Shown: piece after piece, positions 46,980 to 57,224 of the stretch
How positions within the stretch are numbered: position 1 is the stretch's first letter
Layout: each line of letters begins with the position of its first letter
Assembly (NCBI GenBank): GCA_038231435.1
Contig: JBBRLJ010000002.1
Location: forward strand, 96,001-160,000
Length of the DNA stretch: 64,000 nt
Reading direction: 5' to 3'
Source: Planctomycetota bacterium
Lineage (GTDB): Bacteria; Planctomycetota; UBA11346
The notes under the pieces: model-generated
Databases searched by the model: none
What the model was told of the DNA's origin: nothing
The model's input: only the letters and a program-made list of their open reading frames with translations
Translations under genes and position numbers: made by a program

Positions 46980-49694
46980 GTGCAGCAGAGCGGATTTCGG
47001 CGAACGGGTGGCGCGCGCTCCCGTCGACGCTGGGTGGTGGCGGCGCTGCTCGCCATCGCCGCGTCCTCTCCCGAAGCCTGGAGCGAGGACGCCTTCTTCC
47101 GCGACAACACCCGCACCGCGAGTTCCTCGGATCGTCCAAGCTCCGAGCCACGTCCCGCCAAGACGCCCAAGGCCAAGCCGGAAGCCGAGAAGACGCCACA
47201 GGTCGAGGAATGGCCGCCCAGCGAGGTGCGTGCGCTGAGCCTGCAATCCGAGAAGCTGTCCGAGGCCATCTTCAATCTCATCGAGGACGTCGAGATCGTG
47301 AAGCTGGGGTTCGGCGACGGCGGCCTGAGCGCACGCGCGGGCAGGCGCATCTTCGACAATCACAACGTCCTGGGCAGCTGGACGGTGATCGACCACCTGC
47401 GCATCGACCTGTCGTATCCGTTCTACTCGGTGACCTGGCCGGTGGTCGGCAACCTCACCGGCGGCTTCTCGGTCGGCGGCAGCATCGGCAACGATTTCAC
47501 CGACATCAGGCAGGTGATGCCGAAGGATTTCGCCCGCCTGCCGCCCATCCATGATCCCGCGGTCGCCTCCGAGGCGATGAAGGACTCGCAGCCGGTCGAG
47601 AGCGATCTGCCCGCTCCTGCTCTGCCGAGCGACGAGGACGTCGCGGACAAGACGCCGGTGTACGGCCCCGAGCCCGAACCCGAACGTTCGCGCGAGACCA
47701 CCAAGGCCTCGTGGTTCCATCCCTTCGAAGGCTTGAGCAAGGCCCGCTACGGCAGGCTGTGGAACATCCTCGGCTTCCCCATCCGCATACCCACCGAAGC
47801 CGAGTGGATCTCGCACATGGAGGATGGCGAGATCATCTCGTTCACCGCGAGCGGCACCATTGATGCCGGTCCAAGCATCGGCTGGTCGCTCGACGTCACG
47901 CAGCTGACCAGCGCCATCCGCGCCGACGCCTCGCTCGGAGTCTACGTCACTGGCCGATTCCGCGTCAGCATCCTGCGCGAGAATGAGCGCTTCGTGCGCG
48001 TACGCATCACCCGCCTCGCCGAAGCCGGAGGCAACGCCAACGCCGGCGGCTCGACGGGGGACGTCATCGAGGGCTTCACCGTCGCGAATGCCGCCATCGG
48101 CCGCAACAAGACCGCGGTCACGCCGTTCTCGTTCACCTTCTCCAACGGCAAGGGTCGCGCACTCGACCTGGCCTACCGTTACGACCTCGCCCAGGCCGCT
48201 GGACGGATGGCGTACGAGCAGGCGGTGAGCGGCCGTTATGGCACGTCCGATCAGCTCGCTGGCGGTTTCGATTGGCAGCGCGCGCCCGAGGATTCTGCGG
48301 TGCGCAAGATCGGCACGCGCTCCACGACCTACACCACCGACAGCAAGAGCTCGGGAGCCCGCTACGGATTCATCTACCGCCACAACCACGACGCGCGGGT
48401 CACCAACTCCGACATCATCGCCACCTTCCAGGAGGGCACCACGCGGGTGTTCCGCTCCGACATCGTGGATAGCCAGTCGTGGCGGTTCATCTGGGGCACC
48501 TTCGAGCGGTTGAACTACAGCTTCCGCTTCAACGTCGACCTCGACCGCTTCGAACTCGGCCAGGGCGACGCCATCACCCTGGTCGCGCAGGGCGAGATCA
48601 CCGACACCGACACCACGGGCGCGCAGATGCACGCCTACATGGACGAGGTCGAGTCGGCGGCGCAGCGGCCGGGATTCTTCCCGCGTCCACCGAAGTATTA
48701 TCCGGATCCGGATTTCCCCCATTACGATCCCGATCTGGGCTTCGATCGCAGACGCGACGATGCCGATCAGCAGCACTCCGGACGGACGATCGATTATTAC
48801 CGCGCCAGCTTCTTCTATCAGCTCACCTTCTCGCAGGCGCAGATCGAGAAATTCCTCGACACGCCGTACGAGCGGGTGTGGCCGGCGCTAGAGAAGGCGT
48901 TCGACGTCGGCGAAGGCACCTGGGGCAACGCGGCGAAACGCTTCGCATACGCGCTCGCCCATGCGCCGGAACGCGCGCTCAACATCCCCCTGTACGCGGT
49001 GAACATCCACTTCCGCGAGGGTTCCATGCTCGAGCATGCGCGCGCCATCCGCACTGCGTGGATGCATGCCAAGGCGCAGAAGACGGTGGTGGATCGGATC
49101 GGAGAACTCGGCCGCATGTTTGCGGACCGCCGCTACGGCCCTGAGCTGGTGCGGCTGCTGCGCGCGGTGCTCGAGGGCGAGAAGGTATCGTACGTCATCC
49201 AGGGCTCGAGCCACACGTTCGGCTACCTGCGCGACGAAGGCATCGGCACCACCGCCATCGATCCATTGCCCGAGCGCAAGGAGCGGCGGATCGACTTCGA
49301 CGCCGAAGGGGCGCGGCCCCAGGCCGATCCCGATGCCGCGGTGCGCAAGCTCTCGTGCACCGTCCTCGGCTCCGACCGTTACCGGGTGACGCTCACGCTC
49401 GACCCCGACGCGAAACCCCAGGCGCTCTACGTCTCCCTGGTCGAGGTCCGACCGTGGAAACTGCCCAGGACCGTGGCGCAGCAGGCCTACCTCAACAAGG
49501 ACAAGGCAATCACTGGCGGCGACAACACGCTGCTGGTGACGAAGGACACCGGATTCCTGGCGGAGCTGCTCTCCAAGATCGAGCCGGGCAACGAATACTT
49601 CCTCAAGGTGGCCTACACGCGCGATGGCGTCTCCTGGGGCCCCATCACCGAGACCCACTTCTCGGTCCCCCTCGCTCCGATCACGGCGCCCTGA
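46980..49694 (+). CDS. large secreted beta-rich hypothetical protein with C-terminal FN3/Ig-like domain
   Basis: signal peptide; 904 aa with strong codon bias; C-terminal IEPGNEY.LKV....G..WGP resembles an FN3 motif. Confidence 0.8.
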   Translation: MQQSGFRRTGGARSRRRWVVAALLAIAASSPEAWSEDAFFRDNTRTASSSDRPSSEPRPAKTPKAKPEAEKTPQVEEWPPSEVRALSLQSEKLSEAIFNLIEDVEIVKLGFGDGGLSARAGRRIFDNHNVLGSWTVIDHLRIDLSYPFYSVTWPVVGNLTGGFSVGGSIGNDFTDIRQVMPKDFARLPPIHDPAVASEAMKDSQPVESDLPAPALPSDEDVADKTPVYGPEPEPERSRETTKASWFHPFEGLSKARYGRLWNILGFPIRIPTEAEWISHMEDGEIISFTASGTIDAGPSIGWSLDVTQLTSAIRADASLGVYVTGRFRVSILRENERFVRVRITRLAEAGGNANAGGSTGDVIEGFTVANAAIGRNKTAVTPFSFTFSNGKGRALDLAYRYDLAQAAGRMAYEQAVSGRYGTSDQLAGGFDWQRAPEDSAVRKIGTRSTTYTTDSKSSGARYGFIYRHNHDARVTNSDIIATFQEGTTRVFRSDIVDSQSWRFIWGTFERLNYSFRFNVDLDRFELGQGDAITLVAQGEITDTDTTGAQMHAYMDEVESAAQRPGFFPRPPKYYPDPDFPHYDPDLGFDRRRDDADQQHSGRTIDYYRASFFYQLTFSQAQIEKFLDTPYERVWPALEKAFDVGEGTWGNAAKRFAYALAHAPERALNIPLYAVNIHFREGSMLEHARAIRTAWMHAKAQKTVVDRIGELGRMFADRRYGPELVRLLRAVLEGEKVSYVIQGSSHTFGYLRDEGIGTTAIDPLPERKERRIDFDAEGARPQADPDAAVRKLSCTVLGSDRYRVTLTLDPDAKPQALYVSLVEVRPWKLPRTVAQQAYLNKDKAITGGDNTLLVTKDTGFLAELLSKIEPGNEYFLKVAYTRDGVSWGPITETHFSVPLAPITAP

Positions 49695-49793
49695 CCCTAG
49701 CTCATCCACAGCACGGGGCCGAGGGACTCGCGTTCACGAAGCAGCTCAAATATGCCTTTGACCGACCTCGGATGGCCTTCAAATCCAGCTCCG

Positions 49794-50159
49794 ATGACCG
49801 ACCCCACCCAGGTGACCAGCGGCGCCGCGCGCTTGTTCTTCCCTGAGGAGGGCTCGGAACTGCCGTTCACGGTGGAAAATAGATCCGGCTGCGTGGTGGT
49901 GCTCAACCTCGATCCCGCTGCCAACAACCACCCTGCGCTCGCGACCACGGCCAGTCACAAGTGGATCCATGGCCTGCGCGGCAAGTTGATCGTCGACTTC
50001 TCGCGCGTGCCGATGATCAATTCCTCGCTCTGCAATTGGCTGGTCAACCTCATGCGCTCGGCCAAGCCCTCGCCGGTGTCGATCATCGGGGCAAACGCCC
50101 GGGTCGCCGAAACCTTGCGGCTGCTGCGCCTCGACACGCTGCTGAGCATCGACAGCTGA
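49794..50159 (+). CDS. STAS domain protein (anti-sigma factor antagonist-like)
   Basis: LIVDFSRV.MINSS...L..L, V.ETL.LL.LD.L. Confidence 0.78.
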   Translation: MTDPTQVTSGAARLFFPEEGSELPFTVENRSGCVVVLNLDPAANNHPALATTASHKWIHGLRGKLIVDFSRVPMINSSLCNWLVNLMRSAKPSPVSIIGANARVAETLRLLRLDTLLSIDS

Positions 50160-50284
50160 CATCAAGGCTGGCATAGCCAGCTGTGGAGATCCAGCTTCCG
50201 GTGGCCGACCGCCCATGAACGGCCAGCCTCCGCCCAGGGTTTCCGTGATTGGGTTCGCCGTTTGCCGCCTGCGGCTAGGCTGAC

Positions 50285-50545
50285 GTGATGACGACCCACC
50301 ATGCTTCCGTCAATCGCTCCGACGATAACGCCGCCGACAGCCTGCTCGAAGTACGCAACCTGCAGATCGTGGATGGCACCTGCCACTTCATCACTGACTC
50401 GCCGAGCATCGGACAGGGCGACGTCACTCGTATCGTCGATTGCGGATCACGATCCAGCCGTCGCGTGCGTGTGGTCGCCGTCGCCGAATCCCGCCTGACG
50501 CACAAGAAGCGGTCGTTCTGCGTCGCCAGGCTGCTCGAGGGATGA
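50285..50545 (+). CDS. small hypothetical protein
   Basis: fills the gap between STAS and receiver genes; plausible codon usage; no motif. Confidence 0.45.
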   Translation: MMTTHHASVNRSDDNAADSLLEVRNLQIVDGTCHFITDSPSIGQGDVTRIVDCGSRSSRRVRVVAVAESRLTHKKRSFCVARLLEG

Positions 50546-50567
50546 TGTTCCGCGCGGAGTCGCCCAG

Positions 50568-50987
50568 TCAGTCCTCGTCGCGCGGCACCGACGAGTTCGG
50601 AGGCGCGTTCTTCACGACCTCCCGCAGCAGCTTCACCAGCTTCAGCGGATCGAGATTGCCCTTGTTGACGTAGTCACGGGCACCGAACAGCATCGCCTTG
50701 TCGACCTGAGCCTGGTCTTCCCAGCCGCTGAGGATGACGATGGGAGTGTCGTGGGCTTTCTCCTGCACGCGCTCGAACGTCGCGAAGCCCATGCTGTCGG
50801 GCAGAAAAAGATCGGTCAGGATCAAGTCGAAGGGCTGTCCTCGGTCGAGCACCGAGATCGCGCGCGCCAGGCGATCGCAGACCGTGATGTCGAGTTCGAA
50901 CGGCAGGTTCCGCGGCAGGTATTCCTGCAGCAGGCGGGCATCGCCCGGGTTGTCTTCGATGAGCAGGATTTTCGCGAGCATCGGCAT
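50568..50987 (-). CDS. single-domain response regulator (receiver)
   Basis: ILLIEDN, DLILTDLFLPDS.G, PIVILSG, GA.DY..K. Confidence 0.92.
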   Translation of the reverse strand: MPMLAKILLIEDNPGDARLLQEYLPRNLPFELDITVCDRLARAISVLDRGQPFDLILTDLFLPDSMGFATFERVQEKAHDTPIVILSGWEDQAQVDKAMLFGARDYVNKGNLDPLKLVKLLREVVKNAPPNSSVPRDED

Positions 50988-51073
50988 GTGGCCGTCATGT
51001 TCGGAGCCCCGCCCTGGCTGTCAGTGCCCATCCACCCGGGCCTCCACAGGCTCCCTGGCCTGGGACCGACGGC

Positions 51074-51994
51074 TCAAGGCGGCGTCACCCAGCCGCCGCC
51101 CGGGCGGTTGTAGTCATCCATGGTGTGGACCTGGCCGTATTCGTCGATCGCGATGCTGTCGGGGGACCAGTTGCGGGCCCAGGGCCCGGTGACCGGCGCG
51201 TTGCGCGCGTCGACATGCACCAGGCCGTTCGCATCGCGGAAGGCGGTGCCATGGTAGGACACCAGGGTGCGTCCGCTCGAATCCATGGTGGTGATGAGCG
51301 CGTCCCGACGCAAGCCATCTCCAGGCGCGATCGCTACGGTGGTGTTGCACTGATAGACCTGCCCACCGGTGGCATAGGTCCAATCAAAGTGCACGTCGCC
51401 GGCATCGGCCTGCGCGACCGGAGCCGCTCGGCCAGGCGCGACCGGGATCGGACGTACCTCGGTGTCGAGCCGCTTGCGCGCGCGCTCCAAGCTCGGACGC
51501 CCGTCGTCGCGCTCATTCCGAGACCGGCGCGTGTTCTGGTCTAAACCCGGGCCGGAATCCGCGCTCGGGGCGGCAATCGGTGATGACCTGTCACCCGATT
51601 GGAAACCAGGTGCGGATCGCGCGCGTTCGTGGCGCGCTTCGGCGGTCCCCAAGGCGGGACCCGCTTCCAGCGCGTCCATGACACCGTACCGCGAATCCCC
51701 GCCTTCGGTGATCGCCTGCTCAGCTTCGCTGCCAGAGCTCGTGCCATCGCGCGGCATCGCGCTTTCGGCATCCCCTGCTTGGCCCAAGGCGTCCAGTGCC
51801 GCCGATTCCCTTCCCCGGTCCAGGGCGGATAGCGCGGCGCGATGGGCAACGACCATGCTTCCACCACAGCTTGCGATCAGCACCAAGAGGATCGCCGCGA
51901 GCCGCAGGACGGTCCGGCGTGGCCTGGCAAGGCTTGACGTCGGCTCGACGATGTGAGCAGAGCGCGCAGGTGAGGACACGGAGTGGGACGGCAT
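51074..51994 (-). CDS. hypothetical membrane-anchored protein
   Basis: N-terminal hydrophobic helix, low-complexity middle, compact beta-rich C-terminal domain; start uncertain. Confidence 0.55.
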   Translation of the reverse strand: MPSHSVSSPARSAHIVEPTSSLARPRRTVLRLAAILLVLIASCGGSMVVAHRAALSALDRGRESAALDALGQAGDAESAMPRDGTSSGSEAEQAITEGGDSRYGVMDALEAGPALGTAEARHERARSAPGFQSGDRSSPIAAPSADSGPGLDQNTRRSRNERDDGRPSLERARKRLDTEVRPIPVAPGRAAPVAQADAGDVHFDWTYATGGQVYQCNTTVAIAPGDGLRRDALITTMDSSGRTLVSYHGTAFRDANGLVHVDARNAPVTGPWARNWSPDSIAIDEYGQVHTMDDYNRPGGGWVTPP

Positions 51995-52216
51995 CGCCAG
52001 GGAGGATACACCAGGATCAGCCACACGCAGCGGCAGGCCTCCGAGACCACCAGCACGTGTGGCACCGAGACCCCTGGAAACAATCTGGACGCCACCGCCG
52101 GATGGCGATGGCGTCCATTTGTACCCACTCCATGTGTACCCACTATGCACCCGACGACGCCCACGTCGGACCGGGTGTCTCGTGTCCGGTCAGACGGTCT
52201 CGCGCGCAGTCCGGCC

Positions 52217-52381
52217 TCAGGCGGTGGCTTGCAGCGGCTTGTCGTCCGGGGTGGAGATCTCGAGCACGCTGTCCCAGTGATGCTGCTGGTAGCCCTTGCG
52301 CAGCGCTTCCTTCAAGGAGGCCGCTTCGATCAGGACCTTGTTGAGCTCGATGCCGCGGGCGTAGATGATCTTGAACGTCAT
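52217..52381 (-). CDS. small hypothetical protein (54 aa)
   Basis: [27 protein letters not shown]...; strong GC3 codon usage; divergent from the SEC-C gene. Confidence 0.6.
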   Translation of the reverse strand: MTFKIIYARGIELNKVLIEAASLKEALRKGYQQHHWDSVLEISTPDDKPLQATA

Positions 52382-52478
52382 GGCGGAAATGTCGCGCCCC
52401 ACAGGCGATTGCCAGCGGAATGCCCACTCCGCAAGGTTCCGGAGTTCCCACGCTTGCGCCGCGCGCCATGCTGCGGCC

Positions 52479-52949
<471 letters not shown>

Positions 52950-52980
52950 TCCCGGACGATGCGCGCCGGGCCCTCGCGTT

Positions 52981-53706
52981 TCAAAACCAGTACGAGATGC
53001 CGCCCACCGGCCCATGGAACGCGGGACATCCCGACTGCCACAGGAATCCGGCGCGTAGCTCGAGCGCGCGCAGCATATAGCCAGCTCCGACCTCGCCTGC
53101 CGCGACGGGCCTGGCGCCCACCGATCCGATGTCGGCTTCGATATCGAGGATCCATGGAGCGCGCGGAAACCAGGCGATCGCCAGCGAGCCGGCCGGACCG
53201 ATGCCGGGACTCGACCCGATCGTCGACCAACGCGCGCCGAGGCCGATGCGCGTGAGCGCGCGCGGTCCTTGCAGCAGACGGTAGGTTCCCGTCGCCAATC
53301 CCGACACGCCGGAGTCGTCGCGACTCGTCGCCTGGGATGCGCGCACGCGCACCATCGCGCCAAAGCGGAAGGTGGAATCCAGATCGGCTTCGGTAGAACC
53401 GAGGGTGGTGCGGTCGTCGCGGCCGACCGCGGCGCCGATCCGGCCTCCCCACAGCCGGAAGCGCCGATCATCGCGGAAGAACGGGACCACCCGCAGGTAT
53501 CCGGGATGCCCGTCGCGGTACGGCCAGCGCGGGAAGAGCGCGATCATCAGCTGGTCGCGCAACCGTCGGAGCGGACCGAACCAGCGCAGAGCGGGCGCGT
53601 CCAACGCCGCCCACGCGGCGTCCAGGGGCGCGTGGCGGGCTTCCGCGGCGGAACCGATGGATTGGCCGAGCACCGCGCAACAGATCGTCGACACCACCAC
53701 GCGCAT
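52981..53706 (-). CDS. hypothetical protein, possible outer-membrane beta-barrel
   Basis: signal-like N-terminus, alternating amphipathic strands, C-terminal GISYWF. Confidence 0.6.
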   Translation of the reverse strand: MRVVVSTICCAVLGQSIGSAAEARHAPLDAAWAALDAPALRWFGPLRRLRDQLMIALFPRWPYRDGHPGYLRVVPFFRDDRRFRLWGGRIGAAVGRDDRTTLGSTEADLDSTFRFGAMVRVRASQATSRDDSGVSGLATGTYRLLQGPRALTRIGLGARWSTIGSSPGIGPAGSLAIAWFPRAPWILDIEADIGSVGARPVAAGEVGAGYMLRALELRAGFLWQSGCPAFHGPVGGISYWF

Positions 53707-53840
53707 CGCCGCAGCCTCGGCCATGGCGCGAGCGCACAACCCGCTCTGCGGAAGGGTTTGCACACGCTCTCGCTGCGAACCCCGCGCGGGGGATGGACCG
53801 CCCGCCCGGCAGCGTGTACACCTTCTCCGGGAGTCGGCTG

Positions 53841-55346
53841 ATGGCGGTGGCAGGAACGATCCTGGTGGTTGACGATCGTCTCAAGAGCGCCGCCTCGTTG
53901 CGGGCGTGGCTGGGATCCGATTCCCCGGTGACGGTATCGGCCACCTACGCCGAGGCCGCGGACACCGTCGCGTACCTGCATCTCGCCGGCTCGCCGCTCC
54001 CCGCCCTGGTCATCGGGCCGCTAGCGAAAGATGGGGTCGCGTTCCTGGCCGATCTGCGCGGTCAGGGCATCGACATCCCAACCGCGTTCTACACCGAGAC
54101 CAGATCGCGGGACCAGGATGCCGCGCTCGCGCGCCAGTACTCGTTGGTGGCGATCCTGCACAAGCCGTTTGCGGAAGAGGACCGTGCCGGCATCTTCGGT
54201 GCGATCCCTGCTGCCGATGCCATGTCGAACCTCAGCGGCGGTCGGGTCGTCGCCGCCGAAGAGCCGCGGCGCGACGAGCCGCATCAGCCCGTCGTCTCAC
54301 CGGCGCATCAGCGCGACGTCCTCGACGATCTCATCGGTGGCAACCGCACCTCGTCGGTGAAGGAAGGCATGCCGCAGCCGTCGCGGCCGAAACTGCGCGC
54401 GGACGAGCTGCCGAGCGGAGTGCAGCGCCTGCTGTTCGATCCGATGGCCGGCGCGGGAGGCGCCGATGAACACAAGCAGGCCGAGCAGAAGCCGATCGAG
54501 GCGCGCGCGGTGACGATGCTCGTGGTCGATGACAGCTTCGGCAGCGCGCGCATGCTGGCGGAGCGCCTTGGCGCGCCCGGCCAGACCTGCAAGGCGGTGC
54601 CGTCGTACGCCGACGCCTTCGCGCAGCTCGAGCGCCTGATGATGGGCACCCTCGGTTGCGAGCTGCTGTTCGGCCCCCTGTCCGCCGAAGGCGTCACCGC
54701 GATCCGCGAGTACCGCAAACGCGGCTGGCAGATGCACGTGGTGTTCTTCACCGAATCGGCCTCGCAGTCCCAGGATCCACGCCTCGCGGCGCAGTATGGC
54801 TGCCTGGCAATCGTGCGTCGCGCGGGCATGGTCGAACCGCTCGAACGGCTGGTCGCCGACGTCCGCGGCAAACCGCGGCAGGCGGCCGCGCTGCCGCTCG
54901 ACAGCGCCGCGAAGAGCGCGTCGAGCCGCTTGAACACGCCGCTTGTGGGCCAGCTAGGCTCGGCGCCGCCAGCACGGGAGGCGACTCCTCAGGGCAAGAG
55001 CGAGTCGTCCCCGGTTCCGCACAACGCGCCTGGCACCTCGCGCCTGAGCGCCGGAACCGGCAACACTCCGGTCGCGGCCGATCAGCGAGCGAGCGCGCTG
55101 TCGTCGCGAGTCAGGCGTTCGATCGGCTCGCTGCCGCCAGTGTCCTCGCCTCCCTCAGGCGCGGCGTCGCCGCCTTCAGGTGGAGCGCCGCCTCCGCTGC
55201 AGATCGACGTGCCGGGCGACGTGCCCTCGGGTCACGAACGGGTGATGGCCTGCTTCCGCTGCAAGCGCGAATTCGTCGCCAGGTTCACGTCGTTGCCGGC
55301 AAAAGCCGTGTGCGATCACTGCGGGGCGCCCAACGCGCTGAAATGA
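53841..55346 (+). CDS. tandem pseudo-receiver domain protein with C-terminal zinc ribbon
   Basis: two ILVVDD/MLVVDD receiver-like repeats; Pro/Ser-rich linker; CFRC...CDHC. Confidence 0.78.
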   Translation: MAVAGTILVVDDRLKSAASLRAWLGSDSPVTVSATYAEAADTVAYLHLAGSPLPALVIGPLAKDGVAFLADLRGQGIDIPTAFYTETRSRDQDAALARQYSLVAILHKPFAEEDRAGIFGAIPAADAMSNLSGGRVVAAEEPRRDEPHQPVVSPAHQRDVLDDLIGGNRTSSVKEGMPQPSRPKLRADELPSGVQRLLFDPMAGAGGADEHKQAEQKPIEARAVTMLVVDDSFGSARMLAERLGAPGQTCKAVPSYADAFAQLERLMMGTLGCELLFGPLSAEGVTAIREYRKRGWQMHVVFFTESASQSQDPRLAAQYGCLAIVRRAGMVEPLERLVADVRGKPRQAAALPLDSAAKSASSRLNTPLVGQLGSAPPAREATPQGKSESSPVPHNAPGTSRLSAGTGNTPVAADQRASALSSRVRRSIGSLPPVSSPPSGAASPPSGGAPPPLQIDVPGDVPSGHERVMACFRCKREFVARFTSLPAKAVCDHCGAPNALK

Positions 55347-55362
55347 ATCAGCGCTGCCCCCG

Positions 55363-56451
55363 TCAGGGCCTGACGATCATCACGCCCAACGGGGTGATGT
55401 CCGGATCGTGGATCGCCGCGGAACCATCGAGCAGCGTCGCCACGTCCTTGTGGCCCATGGTGAGCGCGCGCGCGAGCGCCGTGGCTCCGACCTCATCGGT
55501 GACCGTGGCGTCGGCGCCGCGGTTCATCAGCACCTCGACGATGCCGCGGTGGCCGTAATCGGCGGCGAGCATCAGCGGAGTACGGCCCTCGCGGTTGCGC
55601 GCGTTGATCGACGCCTTGCAGCGGATCAGTTCCGCGGCTAAATCGACATGGCCGCCGAGCGCGGCCCAATGCAGTGGCGACATGCCTTGCTGGTCGCGCA
55701 TGTTGACCAGCACACGGCGCTGCATCAGCAGATGGAAGAAGCGGCGGTCCGCGCGTTGCACGCTGATCGCCAGGGCCGTCCAGCCCGAGGAATCGGAGGC
55801 ATCGACCTCGGCGCCATTCTCGATCAGCGTGATCGCCACGTCGATGCGGCCCGCCAGGGCGGCGAGGTGCAATGGCGTGCGCTCGCGCGAGTCGCGGGCG
55901 TTGACCTCGGCGCCGGCGCGCAGCAGCAGCTTGACGATGGCGAGATTGCCGTTCGCCGCGGCGTGGTGGAGCGGCCCGGTGGCTGCGTCGCGGGGGTCGG
56001 GGTCGGCGCCCTTGGCGATGAGCAGCGCCGCGGCGAACTGTCGGCCATGCGCCGCCGCCCAGTGCATCGGAGTCTCTCCGCTGCGCGACTCGATGGCCTC
56101 GAGATCGGCTCCTGCCGCGATCAACGCCTCCATGGTCTCGACATGCCCGTGCGCGGTGGCGAGGTGCAGCGGCGTGGCGCCGATGGTGTCGCGCGCGTCG
56201 ATGCGCGCGCCGCGCTGGATCAGCAGTTCGACCATCGCGCGGCGGTTGGCCACCGCGGCAGCGTGCAACAGGCTCCAGCCGCGCTGATTGGTGCGGTGCA
56301 CGTAGGTGGGATGGCTCGTGAGCACGAATGTCAGGGTCTCCCCGGCTCCAGCCTCTATGTGGTCGAGGCAGGCCTGGAAGATGATGTCCATGACCGGCTG
56401 GTGCGACGGTCGGGGCGTATGCGGCGATGACGGGGTCGCGGTAGCCGGCAT
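55363..56451 (-). CDS. ankyrin repeat protein
   Basis: about nine G.TPLH.AA..G repeats. Confidence 0.95.
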   Translation of the reverse strand: MPATATPSSPHTPRPSHQPVMDIIFQACLDHIEAGAGETLTFVLTSHPTYVHRTNQRGWSLLHAAAVANRRAMVELLIQRGARIDARDTIGATPLHLATAHGHVETMEALIAAGADLEAIESRSGETPMHWAAAHGRQFAAALLIAKGADPDPRDAATGPLHHAAANGNLAIVKLLLRAGAEVNARDSRERTPLHLAALAGRIDVAITLIENGAEVDASDSSGWTALAISVQRADRRFFHLLMQRRVLVNMRDQQGMSPLHWAALGGHVDLAAELIRCKASINARNREGRTPLMLAADYGHRGIVEVLMNRGADATVTDEVGATALARALTMGHKDVATLLDGSAAIHDPDITPLGVMIVRP

Positions 56452-56456
56452 GCGAA

Positions 56457-56485
56457 ACTATACCCCATTCAAGGCCCGCCGTCAA
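56457..56485 (-). promoter_or_regulatory. sigma70 promoter for the ankyrin gene (leaderless if first Met is used)
   Basis: TTGACG-17 nt-TATAGT-5 nt-ATG; AT-rich tract upstream at 56510-56550. Confidence 0.75.
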
Positions 56486-56548
56486 AATGACGCGCCATGC
56501 AACACGCCTGTTTTTTTCTAAGGTATTATCAAAACTAAACTTATAAAA

Positions 56549-57085
56549 TCACGCCGTGGGCTCCGCGGTCTGATCCGCAGCCTTTGCGGGCGCGACGACG
56601 GCCTGCGAGGCAGGGCCGTCGCCGGTGAGGTCGAGTCCGCACGAGGTGCAAAAATGGAGATCGGCCAAGCCCTTCCCCTCGAAGCTCAGCGCCCCGTGGC
56701 AGGCGTGGCAGCTGGTATCGTGTTCGCCGAATTCGGCTCGGCACCAGGGACAGTGCTGCTTGAAACCGATCAGGTGGCCGTGGCACTTCGGGCAGATCTC
56801 GGAGCGGCCCTGCTTCACGAAGAAGTGCACGGCCAGCGACGCCGCCACCACCCAACCCAGGAGCCACGGCCACAGCATGGCGTCGGTGCCCTTGAGCTGG
56901 ACGATGATCGCGACGGTATCGACCACCACCACCACGGCGAAGACGATGGCGAGCACGAAGCAGGTCTTATGCGCGCGCCGATTGGCGAGGAATTTCCGCC
57001 GGTAGCGCTCCGCCTGGGCCTCGCTCAGCGGAGCGGCCGCCTGGGCTTTCGCCGTTCTCGACGTGATTGGTCGCGCTCGCCTCAT
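56549..57085 (-). CDS. two-TM membrane protein with double zinc ribbon
   Basis: two hydrophobic helices, then four CxxC motifs (CPKC, CPWC, CHAC, CTSC). Confidence 0.8.
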   Translation of the reverse strand: MRRARPITSRTAKAQAAAPLSEAQAERYRRKFLANRRAHKTCFVLAIVFAVVVVVDTVAIIVQLKGTDAMLWPWLLGWVVAASLAVHFFVKQGRSEICPKCHGHLIGFKQHCPWCRAEFGEHDTSCHACHGALSFEGKGLADLHFCTSCGLDLTGDGPASQAVVAPAKAADQTAEPTA

Positions 57086-57224
57086 GGTACCCCCTGTCCT
57101 GCCGTCACCGTGGCAGGCTAGCGGAATCCGATGTCGGGGGCACCGCCACCTCGGATTGCACTGCGAGGATGTGTTACTGGGTCGGCGGGAGCCTGAGACG
57201 CGTTAGACCGAGCCTGAGACGCGT

